Both the position numbers and the translations under genes were made by a program. From Sphingomonadaceae bacterium (GTDB lineage: Bacteria > Pseudomonadota > Alphaproteobacteria > Sphingomonadales > Sphingomonadaceae): DNA of 64,000 bases. Location: contig JBGSMP010000296.1 of the NCBI GenBank assembly GCA_041740105.1, positions 5,748 through 69,747 of the forward strand, read 5' to 3'. Positions 10,000-19,408 of this stretch are shown here, piece by piece (positions within the stretch are counted from its first letter, which is position 1; the number at the start of each line of letters is the position of its first letter). Under the pieces are notes generated by a model, which worked only from the letters and a program-made list of their open reading frames with translations, did not search any database and was not told where the DNA came from.

Positions 10000-10869
10000 C
10001 TAGAGCTGCGCTTGACCGTGCAACACAGGCACACAGCCACCGCCGACCCAAGCGCGGATACCGTCGGCCGTGCGCTTCGCCTCGACGATCATGCGGCTGG
10101 GGCGCCCCATGGCGACGCCTTGCGTCACTTCGAGACGGATGGCGTCGTCGCCGCTTTCGTCGAGCAGCAACGCGCACATCGCCGATGCGGCGCTGCCAGT
10201 CGCGGGGTCTTCGATCGTCCCTGACAAGGGCGCGAACATGCGCGCATCGATGTGTGCCCCGTTGCGGTTATAAAGGAACAACAGACAAATCTCGGCGAGA
10301 TCGGGGCGAACCGCTGCAATGCGGTCGAAGGCCGCCGGATCGCATTTCGCACGCGCTAGCACTTCGGCGGTCACTTCGACGCAAATCGTGGCAAGCGCGA
10401 CCGAAGCAAGGCGGGGTTCGCCGATTTCGCTGCCCGACAATGATGCACATTCCGCGACGGCCTCGCGCGAGGGGCACTCGCCACGGCTCAACGGCTGCGG
10501 TGCGCGTATACGGCAATGTCGCGTCGTTTGCGGTCCAGGCGAAACTTCGACTTCGACCAATCCGGCTGCCTGCTCGAGCCGAAGCAAGCCGCCGTCCTCA
10601 CGCGCGCCGGCAAGCACCCATCCGACCCCGACGTTGGGATGTCCGGCAAAACCAATTTCCGTGGCAGACGTAAAAATGCGCACGCGCGCCGTGTTGCGCG
10701 GGTCGGCGGGCGGCAGAACAAATGCGATTTCGCTGAGATTGAACTCGCGGGCAAGCGCCCTCATCTGATCAGTGTCGAGCCCCGCTGCGTCGGGGAATAC
10801 CGCCAACGGGTTACCCCCGAATCGCGTGTCGGTGAAGACGTCGACAGTGACGAACGGGATCGAAGTCAT
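10000..10869 (-). CDS. PhzF family isomerase/epimerase
   Basis: VDVFT...GGNPLAV, NLSE, RIFT..EIGFAGHP, EDPATGSA, QGVAMGRPS. Confidence 0.92.
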   Translation of the reverse strand: MTSIPFVTVDVFTDTRFGGNPLAVFPDAAGLDTDQMRALAREFNLSEIAFVLPPADPRNTARVRIFTSATEIGFAGHPNVGVGWVLAGAREDGGLLRLEQAAGLVEVEVSPGPQTTRHCRIRAPQPLSRGECPSREAVAECASLSGSEIGEPRLASVALATICVEVTAEVLARAKCDPAAFDRIAAVRPDLAEICLLFLYNRNGAHIDARMFAPLSGTIEDPATGSAASAMCALLLDESGDDAIRLEVTQGVAMGRPSRMIVEAKRTADGIRAWVGGGCVPVLHGQAQL

Positions 10870-12275
10870 GCGTCGAGACTCGCCCGTTCCTCGGTACTGA
10901 GTGCCGTGAACGTGCGTTCGGCGGCATTGCCGAGGCGATCAACGATTGCATCTACGTCGCCGCGCGTCACGATCAGGGCCGGCGCAAGCCCGATGATATC
11001 ACCGTGCGGCATTGTCCGTGCAAACAGTGCGTTTTCGACGCAGGCAGCGTTGACGCGCGCAGCGAAGCGGAGTGCTTTGGGTAGATGACGGCGCGGGCTT
11101 CCGGGCATGACGAACTCGGCAGCCGCCGTCAGGCCGATTGCGCGGGCCTCCCCCAGCAGCGGGTGTCCTGCGAGCCGGTCCTTGAAACAATCGTGCAGAT
11201 ACGGCGCGACCGCACGGGCATTCTCGAGCAAGCCGTAGTCTTCGATAATCTCAATGTTGGCGAGCGCCGCTGCCGCGCACGTCGGATGTGCGGTATAGGT
11301 GTAGCCGTGTCCGAAAATGCCGTGCTGCGCGGCGCCTGCTTCGAGCGTTGCCCAAACACGCGGTCCCACCATGACGGCGGACAGCGGCGCATAGCCGCTC
11401 GTCAGCCCCTTGGCGAGCGTAACGAGGTCAGGCTCGATGCCCCAGACATCGCAGCCCAACCACTCACCGACGCGCCCGAAACCCGTCACGACCTCGTCGA
11501 GAACCAACAGGATGTCGTGACGTCGGAGCACCGCCTGCACGGCAGACCAATAACCCTGGGGTGGCGCTACCAGTCCGCCCGCACCGATCATTGGTTCGGC
11601 AATGAACGCGCCGATCGTGTCCGCTCCTTCGCGCGCGATCAGGCCTTCCAGTTCGGCGACGCAATGGGCAACGAACGCCGCATCGTCGTCATAGCCAGAC
11701 CAGAACAGGTCCGGCGCGATCGTATGCCGAACCAGACCATCCAGCAGGTCGAACCCCTGATGATAAACTGGCAATCCGGTCAGTGTGGCGGTCATGATCG
11801 TGCCGCCATGATATCCACGCGTCCGGGCGATGATCTTCTTCTTGGCCGGGCGTCCCAAAACATTGTTGTAATACCAGACCAGTTTCACCTGGGTTTCGTT
11901 GGCGTCAGACCCCGACGAACCGAAAAACACGCGCGAGAAGCGGTGTCCGGTGATCTCGAGCAGCTTGTCGGCCAGCGCGATGGCAGGCGAATGCGTGGCA
12001 CCGGCAAACACGTGAAAAAAGGGAAGTCGCGCACCCTGTTCGGCCATCGCATCGACAATGCGCTGCTGCCCATACCCTGCATTCACGCAATAAAGTGCGG
12101 AGAATCCGTCGATAATCTCACGTCCGTCGGCCGACCGAACGATCATGCCGTCCGCGCTTTCGACGATCAGCGGCTGTGGTGTTCGCCCGGCGGCGTAATC
12201 ATCAAGTCGGGTGAACGGGTGCAGCATTGTCCGCCGGTCTGCCGCCGTCAGCTCATTGAAAATTGCCGTTTCCAT
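10866..12275 (-). CDS. Class III (omega-type) PLP aminotransferase
   Basis: SGSDANET, YHG, FIAEP, DEVVTGFGR, TLAKGLTSGY, HGYTY. ATG 12275 has a GGAGAG RBS. Confidence 0.93.
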   Translation of the reverse strand: METAIFNELTAADRRTMLHPFTRLDDYAAGRTPQPLIVESADGMIVRSADGREIIDGFSALYCVNAGYGQQRIVDAMAEQGARLPFFHVFAGATHSPAIALADKLLEITGHRFSRVFFGSSGSDANETQVKLVWYYNNVLGRPAKKKIIARTRGYHGGTIMTATLTGLPVYHQGFDLLDGLVRHTIAPDLFWSGYDDDAAFVAHCVAELEGLIAREGADTIGAFIAEPMIGAGGLVAPPQGYWSAVQAVLRRHDILLVLDEVVTGFGRVGEWLGCDVWGIEPDLVTLAKGLTSGYAPLSAVMVGPRVWATLEAGAAQHGIFGHGYTYTAHPTCAAAALANIEIIEDYGLLENARAVAPYLHDCFKDRLAGHPLLGEARAIGLTAAAEFVMPGSPRRHLPKALRFAARVNAACVENALFARTMPHGDIIGLAPALIVTRGDVDAIVDRLGNAAERTFTALSTEERASLDA

Positions 12276-12335
12276 CCCGCTCTCCATCGCCTGAGTGGCT
12301 AGACTGACGCGCGCGTTTGCGTCAATGGATAAATT

Positions 12336-12352
12336 ATTGCTAAATCGGTAAA
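12336..12352. promoter_or_regulatory. Candidate operator ATTGC-N7-GTAAA between divergent aminotransferase and ridA genes
   Basis: ATTGCTAAATCGGTAAA closely resembles TTTTCATAATCGGAAAA at 14516. Confidence 0.45.
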
Positions 12353-12362
12353 GGCAGGATCG

Positions 12363-12743
12363 ATGCAACAAATTATCAATCCCCCAACCGCACCCAATGT
12401 GATCGGCCCGTTCTCCCACGGCGTCGTGACGCAAGGTAAACTGCTGTTCGTGTCAGGCCAGGGCCCGCAAGACGCAGCTACGGGTGGGTTTCGCCTCGGT
12501 GATTTCGCCGATGAAGTACGCCTGACAATGGCGAATATGGCGACGGTGCTCGACGCCGCCGGTAGTGGTTGGGATCATGTCGTTCGCGTTGGCGTCTACC
12601 TGACGGATACCGGGCGTTTTGCCGAATTCAATTCAATTTATGCTGAGGTGCTGGGCGATGCCAAGCCTGCCCGGACGACGATCATTTGCCAGCTACTGGC
12701 TGGCATACAGGTCGAAATGGATTGTGTAGCCCGCGTGCCGTAA
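12363..12743 (+). CDS. RidA/YjgF family enamine/imine deaminase
   Basis: GPFSHG, FVSGQ, FNSIY, PARTT, VEMDCVA. Confidence 0.92.
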   Translation: MQQIINPPTAPNVIGPFSHGVVTQGKLLFVSGQGPQDAATGGFRLGDFADEVRLTMANMATVLDAAGSGWDHVVRVGVYLTDTGRFAEFNSIYAEVLGDAKPARTTIICQLLAGIQVEMDCVARVP

Positions 12744-12749
12744 TTAGTC

Positions 12750-13442
12750 TCAATGGCGCTTGCTGACGAGACGAGCGATATCGCTTGGCGGGGCATTTGG
12801 TGCGATCTGAGCGTCCTCGCTGCCCCAGCCCACGGTCGCATTGATCGACATAATCCGGCATGGCTCGTTGGATCCGGCGATATATCCATGCGCCATCATG
12901 CTGTCGAAATAGATCGAATCGCCTTTGCTGAGCCGCGCTGGCGCATAAAATTCAGTATGGAGCTCAAGAACGCCTTCAAGAACCACGACGAATTCTTCGC
13001 CTGGGTGACGCAGCAATTTTCCGAATTCGGCACGATTTCGCGCCTTAACCTCCACGAAAATTGGCACCAGCTGCTTGCCGAGCAAATCGGCTGCTGGATA
13101 GTGCTGGATCACACTGTCGGTCTCGATCAGATGACCCTCACCCGCGCGGGTAATGCTGCGGCGTCCTGAGGTTAACGGCGCTGCACTTGTCGCTTCGGGC
13201 TGTACCGGCGCCGCGAATAGGACACCGATATCGATGTTCAAGCCGGTCGCAATGCGCATCATCTTGTCATAGGTAAGCGACATCTTGTTCGTCTCGACCT
13301 TCGACAGCGTCGAAATCGGCAGGCCAGTCCGCTTGCTGAGTTCCTGTAATGTCCAGCCGCGCTGCGCACGCAAGGCGCGTAACGCCCCCCCGGGATCGTT
13401 CATATCCTGCAGGGTCGGCAAACGTTCGGCAATTTTCATCAT
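12750..13442 (-). CDS. XRE-family HTH regulator with C-terminal cupin domain
   Basis: LRALRAQRGWTLQELSKRTGLPISTLSKVE and HPGEEFVVVLEG...GDSIYFDSMMAH. Start is uncertain (13442, 13439 or later). Confidence 0.88.
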   Translation of the reverse strand: MMKIAERLPTLQDMNDPGGALRALRAQRGWTLQELSKRTGLPISTLSKVETNKMSLTYDKMMRIATGLNIDIGVLFAAPVQPEATSAAPLTSGRRSITRAGEGHLIETDSVIQHYPAADLLGKQLVPIFVEVKARNRAEFGKLLRHPGEEFVVVLEGVLELHTEFYAPARLSKGDSIYFDSMMAHGYIAGSNEPCRIMSINATVGWGSEDAQIAPNAPPSDIARLVSKRH

Positions 13443-13478
13443 GAAAATCTTATGAAACCTCGGCCGCGTTGGCAACGG

Positions 13479-14495
13479 CTAACGTGGATCAATTTCAGTG
13501 AGAAGGTCACGCAAGTCGTCGATGGCTGGGTCGAAAACTGGCAAACCGGTACGCAGAGCAATCTCGCGCTTCATTGCCTCGGCATTGCTACGGTCCATTT
13601 GCGACCCATTGATTGCGACCCCCACGCAGCGAATGTCGGGGTTCACACGGCGGCCATTGGCAATGGTCAGCTCGATCACCTGTTCGATACTCGGCAGGAC
13701 GAAGTCGGGATAGCCCTCTACGAGCAGTCTGGACCCGTCATGGCAAACTATGAAGACGTCGGGTTGGCTACCGTGCAACAGGCCGAGGCTGACGGCAGCG
13801 TAGGCGGGGTGATGTAGCGCGCCTTGTCCCTCCACGATGTCCCAGTGATCGGGCGCGGCATCGGGCGACAAATCCTCAACGACGCCGGCAAGGAAATCCG
13901 CGACGACGGCATCGATGGCGACGCCGCCGCCGCTGATCAAGACCCCGGTTTGCCCCGTTGCGCGAAATGTCGCCGCCCAACCCTTTGCGCGCATCGCTCG
14001 CTCGACGGCGAGTGCCGTAAATTTTTTCCCGACGGCACAATCGGTGCCGACCGTCAGCAAGCGTCGACCGCTGCGTTTGCGGCCCGTCGCGACAGACGGC
14101 AGATATCCCGGCGGCAGTCCCCGAACGTCGAACAAAACTACGTTCTTTTCCTTCGCGCGCGCCGCTAGTTCAGGGTTATCGCGCATCCGGTCGTGCAGTC
14201 CCGACGCGACGTTCAAGCCAGCATCGATGGCCTCGTCAATCGCCGCTATCCATGCGGGCGTCAGCCTGCCTCCGAAGGTTGCGCCACCGATCACCATCGT
14301 TGCGATACCTTTGGCTCGCGCCTCCCGTGGAGTCATATCGGGCAGGCCGAGGTCGCACTGGCCACCCGCGAAACGATATTGCCCCGCACACCATTCGGGC
14401 CGCCATTCCGCCAACCCCGCTCCGGTCTTGGCATCGAGCGCATCGACCGCTTCGCCAAGGAAAATCAGATATGGGCGGGGAATTTCGGTCGACAT
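13479..14495 (-). CDS. DUF1611 family protein (D-glutamate N-acetyltransferase DgcN-like)
   Basis: PRPYLIFLG, AKTGAG, ASGLH, GTDCAVGKK, ATGQTG, EGQGAL.HPAY, HGSQPD. Confidence 0.88.
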   Translation of the reverse strand: MSTEIPRPYLIFLGEAVDALDAKTGAGLAEWRPEWCAGQYRFAGGQCDLGLPDMTPREARAKGIATMVIGGATFGGRLTPAWIAAIDEAIDAGLNVASGLHDRMRDNPELAARAKEKNVVLFDVRGLPPGYLPSVATGRKRSGRRLLTVGTDCAVGKKFTALAVERAMRAKGWAATFRATGQTGVLISGGGVAIDAVVADFLAGVVEDLSPDAAPDHWDIVEGQGALHHPAYAAVSLGLLHGSQPDVFIVCHDGSRLLVEGYPDFVLPSIEQVIELTIANGRRVNPDIRCVGVAINGSQMDRSNAEAMKREIALRTGLPVFDPAIDDLRDLLTEIDPR

Positions 14496-14515
14496 CGTCT
14501 TGCCTTTCGTTGAAG

Positions 14516-14532
14516 TTTTCATAATCGGAAAA
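14516..14532. promoter_or_regulatory. Candidate operator TTTTC-N7-GAAAA upstream of the DUF1611-XRE operon
   Basis: Perfect dyad, extendable to GTTTTC...GAAAAC. Confidence 0.5.
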
Positions 14533-14598
14533 CTCGAAAGGGCAAGCGCAATGCGGGTCGGTGCTCATCACGAAATCTAAACGCTCGAATTTCGCTAC

Positions 14599-14953
14599 CT
14601 CACCGACCGATTGAAGTCCTAACGTGCAGCGATGGTCGAACTCGGCAACGCCGACAAACAGGAGGTCGGACGCTGGGCAAACAACCTAGCGGAGAACAGC
14701 CATTTGCCGTTCCGAAGACGAGAGCGGGCAATGCTCAGGTTCAGGCAAATGAAGTCGTTACAGAAGTTCGCTAGCGTCCACGCTAACTTCCACAACCACT
14801 TCAACCAGGAACGTCATCTCGTCAGTCGTCAGGTTTACTAGAAACGACGCTCGGCCGCCTTGGCCGAGTGCCAAACCCTCATGGCCTAGGCTCTCGCCCG
14901 CTTCAGGATCAGTGCGTCAACCAGAGACGGGTTCGCATCGGACTGACAGCACC
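14599..14953 (+). mobile_element. IS6-family remnant (3' part of transposase with stops, plus right end)
   Basis: LTDRLKS*RAAM...NNLAENSHLPFRRRERAMLRFRQMKSLQKFASVH...RQVY*KRRSAALAECQTLMA*. In-frame stops at 14620 and 14839. Terminal TGACAGCACC at 14944-14953. Confidence 0.85.
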
Positions 14954-14966
14954 CCATCCTGCCAGG

Positions 14967-15090
14967 CGTCTGACTTATAGAACACGACGAGCGGCAGCAT
15001 TTGCCGCGTGCCAAATCCTCATGGCTTAACCAATGCCAATCTGCACATGAGCGCGCAAATGAGCGATGGGTTCGCAGTCGGCCGACACCT
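14967..15090 (+). mobile_element. Second, more decayed IS6 3'-end fragment
   Basis: TGCCAAATCCTCATGGCTTAA and GGGTTCGCAGTCGGCCGACA parallel TGCCAAACCCTCATGGCCTAG and GGGTTCGCATCGGACTGACA in the adjacent copy. Confidence 0.65.
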
Positions 15091-15148
15091 GCGAAAGCAG
15101 CCAGCGGACATCGGCCCTCCTCGGATTACCCCGCGCCGCAATCACATT

Positions 15149-15191
15149 AATGGTCCAGACCTTTGACATTCATTTTTTCTTGAAATACTCT
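15149..15191 (+). promoter_or_regulatory. GntR-type operator AATGGTCCAGACC abutting a sigma70 promoter
   Basis: Operator motif recurs at 19380, 33155 and 38273. TTGACA (15163-15168)-N17-TACTCT (15186-15191). Confidence 0.7.
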
Positions 15192-15296
15192 TTCAGAATT
15201 GGTCGAAAAAAAATGACCGCACAGCGTAACATGCCGGCGTCCGATCGGGATAGCGTTTGCACGGGACGAATGTTGAATGAACAACAAAGGGGGACT

Positions 15297-17861
15297 ATGA
15301 TGTCGATGAAATTGCAGAGTTTTTTTCTCTCGACGGTTGCCGGCTTTGCCCTGGCAGGCGCTAGTGCACCGGCGTTTGCACAATCCACAGCCGGCACAGA
15401 AGCCGAGGCCGGCGACATTGTCGTCACAGCCCGCCGCCAGTCCGAAACCCTTCAGGATGTGCCCGCATCGATTACGGTCTTCACCACGAAGGCGCTCGAA
15501 CAGACCGGCGTCAAGGTTGCCGCTGATTTCGTAAAGCTGACCCCCGGCGTCAGCATCGTGACGGGCACGGCCGAAGCGGGTGACACGCAGATCAACATTC
15601 GCGGCCTCAACGGTGCGCGTGACGCGGAAAACAACGTCGCGCTCGTCGTCGACGGGATCCTCAAGACGAACACGTCGGCGCTGAACCAAAACCAGGGCGC
15701 GCTCAAGCAGATCGAAGTCCTGAAAGGCCCCCAAGGCGCGATCTATGGCCGGAACGCTGCTGCCGGGGCCATTGTGATCACAACCCGCGAACCCGGTGAC
15801 CGCCTCGAGCTGGAAGGCAAGGCTTCATACGGCAGCAACAAGACCTACACCGCATCGGGCTATGTCAGTGGCCCGCTTTCGGACTCGATCGGCTTTGCGA
15901 TTTCCGGCGATTATGGCAGTTCGGACGGCTTTTTTCGCAACACGTTTCTGCCGACGGCAGCCAACACAGCATTATATCCCGGCAACTCGACCAAAGCCGC
16001 GTCGATCGACGACTTCTCGCGCTTCGATATCAACGGTCGCCTTATCGTTAAGCTTGGCGAAGCGACAAAAATTGATCTGAAGGGTCGCTATGGCAAGCTG
16101 AAAGGCGGCGCGATCGCCTTCAACGCAGCGTTCCAGATCCCGAACCTGTTTTCGATCAGCTCGGTGGTCGATTCGAACATCGACGTGAACAATCACCTGT
16201 TCAAGTTCGATCCCAACATCGATCCGGAGAACAACCAGGAAACCGTCGAGGCCTCGGCGCGCTTCGAAACCGATCTCGGCTTTGCCTCGCTCAACGGCTA
16301 TGTGTCCTACAGCAATATCAAGAACGACTTCTTCGCCGATGGCACGAGCGGTGCTTTCGGCTTCTTCGATGGCGAGGCGACCTGTATCGCATCCGTTGCC
16401 GGGACGGCGGGCGTCATCGTGCAGGAGCCGTTCCAGACCGTGGGCGGTTTCCGGTCCTCGCAGCCCTATAGCCCGCGGACCTGCGACGGCACGCAATATC
16501 AGCGGCGCTATCAGGAAGATATCAGCGCCGAGCTGCGCTTCGTTTCCAACACCGATGGCCCGCTGACCTGGCAGTTTGGCGGTTATTTCCTGCATATCGA
16601 TCGGCGGGTCTGCATCAATCTTGGCCTCGACACAGGACGCGGCGTGGTTCGCGAATGCTACACGACAAATGCAGCCAACCGGACCGAGGCGCTGGCCGAC
16701 GACAGCTTCAAGACCGATGTCTACGCAGTCTTCGGCGCGATCGATTATAAGTTCGCTGACGTGTTCAAGCTCGGCGTCGCGCTGCGTTACGACGTCGAAG
16801 ACCGCAAGGTTACCAACAACATTCCGACGGGGCGGCTGACCCGTTGGGTCGGCAATCCGTTGACTGGCAATCCAAACGGAACGGCGGCGACGCCTGCGAA
16901 TTATTTCCTCAACCCGGGGCTCGATCCCGCGTATAATCCCAGCGGCATCCTCGGTCCCCGCAGTGCAGTCTACCGGCAGCTTGAACCCAAGGTCACGCTC
17001 TCGTTCGAACCTTCGCCAACGCTGACGCTGTTCGCCAACTGGGGGATCGGCTTCAAGGCCGGCGGCTTCAACGCTGGCGGCAGCAGCGCTATCATCAACG
17101 GCTATTTCAACAACGGCACGTCTTTCTTTGCCGGTCCGATCAACGCCGGTCTTTCGATCAACGACGAGTATCGTAAGGAAACCGACAGCGCGTTCGAAGC
17201 GGGTATGAAGGGCAAATTCCTCGATGGCCGGGTCACCTATGAATTGACTGGCTATTACACCGACGTGACCAATCAGCAGTTCTTCGAATTCTTTGTCGGC
17301 CCCTTTGGCTTGCTGCGCGTCGTCTCGAACATCGATAAAGTCAGGCTCTATGGCGGCGAAGGCGCGCTCGATGTTCGTGTTGTCGAGGGATGGCACATTT
17401 TCGGGTCGGCCAACGTCACCAAGAGCAAGATCCGCAAGAATAGTGCGCGACCCTATACGGTTGGAAACAAGGCGCCCTATACGCCTGACTTTACGATCAA
17501 TCTCGGTTCGCAGATTGATGTGCCTTTGAATGAGGACCTCAATGTCGCGTTCCGCGCGGACTATCGGATCACCGGACCGACGTTCTTCCATACCGTTCAG
17601 GACAATGACGTGCCCAATATCTTCTTTGGCGAGGGTGCGTTCGGCGAGGGCAATTTCAAGAATTCGCAGCGGGACGCCTATGGCATCCTGAATCTGCGGG
17701 CAACGATCAGCGGCAAGAACTGGAGCCTTGCCGGCTTTGCCAACAATGCGCTGGGTCGGAAATATCTGGCGGAAGTCATTCCTGCGCCTGAATTCGGCGG
17801 CGATTTCATCTCGCCAGGCGGCACGGCTTATTATGGCTTGGAAGTCGGCTTCAAGTTCTGA
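15297..17861 (+). CDS. TonB-dependent receptor
   Basis: Signal peptide, DIVVTARR, IEVLKGPQGAIYGRNAAAGAI, C-terminal F. Confidence 0.95.
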   Translation: MMSMKLQSFFLSTVAGFALAGASAPAFAQSTAGTEAEAGDIVVTARRQSETLQDVPASITVFTTKALEQTGVKVAADFVKLTPGVSIVTGTAEAGDTQINIRGLNGARDAENNVALVVDGILKTNTSALNQNQGALKQIEVLKGPQGAIYGRNAAAGAIVITTREPGDRLELEGKASYGSNKTYTASGYVSGPLSDSIGFAISGDYGSSDGFFRNTFLPTAANTALYPGNSTKAASIDDFSRFDINGRLIVKLGEATKIDLKGRYGKLKGGAIAFNAAFQIPNLFSISSVVDSNIDVNNHLFKFDPNIDPENNQETVEASARFETDLGFASLNGYVSYSNIKNDFFADGTSGAFGFFDGEATCIASVAGTAGVIVQEPFQTVGGFRSSQPYSPRTCDGTQYQRRYQEDISAELRFVSNTDGPLTWQFGGYFLHIDRRVCINLGLDTGRGVVRECYTTNAANRTEALADDSFKTDVYAVFGAIDYKFADVFKLGVALRYDVEDRKVTNNIPTGRLTRWVGNPLTGNPNGTAATPANYFLNPGLDPAYNPSGILGPRSAVYRQLEPKVTLSFEPSPTLTLFANWGIGFKAGGFNAGGSSAIINGYFNNGTSFFAGPINAGLSINDEYRKETDSAFEAGMKGKFLDGRVTYELTGYYTDVTNQQFFEFFVGPFGLLRVVSNIDKVRLYGGEGALDVRVVEGWHIFGSANVTKSKIRKNSARPYTVGNKAPYTPDFTINLGSQIDVPLNEDLNVAFRADYRITGPTFFHTVQDNDVPNIFFGEGAFGEGNFKNSQRDAYGILNLRATISGKNWSLAGFANNALGRKYLAEVIPAPEFGGDFISPGGTAYYGLEVGFKF

Positions 17862-17867
17862 GCCGAC

Positions 17868-17901
17868 ACCGGGGAGCCAAGCGAAAACGCCGCTCCCCGG
17901 T
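17868..17901. terminator. GC-rich hairpin between convergent TBDR and GST genes
   Basis: ACCGGGGAGC...GCTCCCCGGT inverted repeat. No clear U-tract. Confidence 0.55.
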
Positions 17902-18587
17902 CACCGTTTCCCGAAAAGGGCTTCGCGTGCCGCCGGATCGGGATCGCCGATCTTCATCACGTCGGACAGAACCGCCATGCCGCGCTGGACGGCTGGGCGC
18001 GCTTCGATGTCGCCTGCCCAGCGCTTTACGTTTGGAAAATCATCGATGTCGATCGCGTGAAGCGCGCGAATGATCGGGGCGCACCACGGATAAGTTGCCA
18101 TGTCGGCGATCGAATAGTCATCACCCGCCAGATAGCCTCGCCCTGCCAATACCGAGTCCATCAACGCATAGAGCTTGGCCGTCTCGCCGCAGTAGCGGTC
18201 CACACCATATTGGATATGCTCGGGCGCATAGCCGCGAAAATGTCCGCATTGGCCAAACATCGGGCCGATATTGGCGCATTGGAAGAACAGCCACTGGGTA
18301 ATGTTCGATTGCGCGACCGGATCGCCGGGCCAGAAGCGATCGGCCTTCTGCGCGAGATACAGCAAGATCGCGCCCGATTCGAAAACGGTGTGTTGCACGC
18401 CGCCTGGCCCGTCATGATCGACGATCGCAGGAATGCGTGCATTGGGGCTGATCGCGCGAAACGCCGGATCATGCTGGTCGCCATCGAGGATCCGCACGGG
18501 CCTAACCGTATAGCCAAGGCCCATTTCCTCGAGCGCGATCGAGACTTTGTGGCCATTGGGCGTCGGCCAGAAATAAAGATCGATCAT
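17901..18587 (-). CDS. Glutathione S-transferase, YfcG/Nu-class-like
   Basis: MIDLYFWPTPNGHK, SPNARIPAI, FESGAIL, YSIADMATYPW. Confidence 0.92.
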   Translation of the reverse strand: MIDLYFWPTPNGHKVSIALEEMGLGYTVRPVRILDGDQHDPAFRAISPNARIPAIVDHDGPGGVQHTVFESGAILLYLAQKADRFWPGDPVAQSNITQWLFFQCANIGPMFGQCGHFRGYAPEHIQYGVDRYCGETAKLYALMDSVLAGRGYLAGDDYSIADMATYPWCAPIIRALHAIDIDDFPNVKRWAGDIEARPAVQRGMAVLSDVMKIGDPDPAAREALFGKR

Positions 18588-19318
18588 GCCCTTTGCGCTT
18601 CTTTAAGCCGCAAGCATTCCTGCAATGCCGCTTGGCAAGCTTCGGCGCTGCTGTCACCTTCGAACGGCTTGTTCAGATGCGATTGCACCGAGGGACGCAT
18701 CAGCGCTTCTTCATACCAGGCCGCGAGCGCAGGACGACCCGCGCGCCAGTTGTAGTTTGGGAACAGCGGATCCTTGGCTTCGTAGAACTCGGCGCGAAAG
18801 CCCAAATAGCTGATTGCGTGCAGCATCGATGCGTGGCCGATATCGAAATCCTCCCAGCCGCGCTTGGCGTCACGCTCCAGATAGTCGAGTCCGGCATTGA
18901 ACTTTGGCCATAGCCAGGTGAACAGCCCCATGTTCCATTGCGCCTGCGGCTTCCACTGCTCCATCACCATCTGCACTGTCGATTCGAAAATGGTATCGCA
19001 CAGCGACATGCGGCTCAGCGCGTCCCAGCGCTTGGGACCAGCGTCAGGGTACATGCGACGCGCGCGGCTCGTGGCGTCGAGATATTCGCAGATCGCCTGG
19101 CTGCCGAAAACCGGCTGCCCCGCATCGGTCACGAGCGTCGGCACCTTGTCGAGCGGATTGATCGCCGAGATGTCGTAGGCGTCGCCGCAATCCTCGCCGT
19201 CGTTGTTCTTGAACGGGAAAGTCGCGATCCGGTCCATGTGGTCCCAATGGCCACATTCATGCGCTGTCACCAGCACCTTGTGCGCGAACGTGTGAAACGG
19301 TGAATAGAATAATTTCAT
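18584..19318 (-). CDS. Glutathione S-transferase family protein (atypical)
   Basis: MKLFYSP, INPLDKVPTL, FGSQAICEYLD, RPALAAWY, RPSV. Confidence 0.8.
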   Translation of the reverse strand: MKLFYSPFHTFAHKVLVTAHECGHWDHMDRIATFPFKNNDGEDCGDAYDISAINPLDKVPTLVTDAGQPVFGSQAICEYLDATSRARRMYPDAGPKRWDALSRMSLCDTIFESTVQMVMEQWKPQAQWNMGLFTWLWPKFNAGLDYLERDAKRGWEDFDIGHASMLHAISYLGFRAEFYEAKDPLFPNYNWRAGRPALAAWYEEALMRPSVQSHLNKPFEGDSSAEACQAALQECLRLKEAQRA

Positions 19319-19377
19319 TCTGACCTCCCCCTGACGATTGATCCTGCATTTGCATTACGGTTCGCTGATGCTAACCT

Positions 19378-19393
19378 AATGGTCCGGACCAAT
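19378..19393. promoter_or_regulatory. GntR-type operator AATGGTCCGGACCAAT
   Basis: Palindromic core TGGTCCGGACCA (19380-19391) in the divergent GST/isochorismatase gap. Confidence 0.8.
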
Positions 19394-19408
19394 CAATATG
19401 GTGAGCAA

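Noticed and set aside
10000-10869. Phenazine biosynthesis
   Set aside because: Lone PhzF homolog without the rest of the phz operon.
15972-17591. 539-aa antisense ORF, and similar long ones at 6871-8193, 11085-12302 and 59071-60696, plus the same-strand off-frame ORF at 31265-32650
   Set aside because: Shadow or alternative frames of well-supported genes in GC-rich DNA, with no recognisable motifs.
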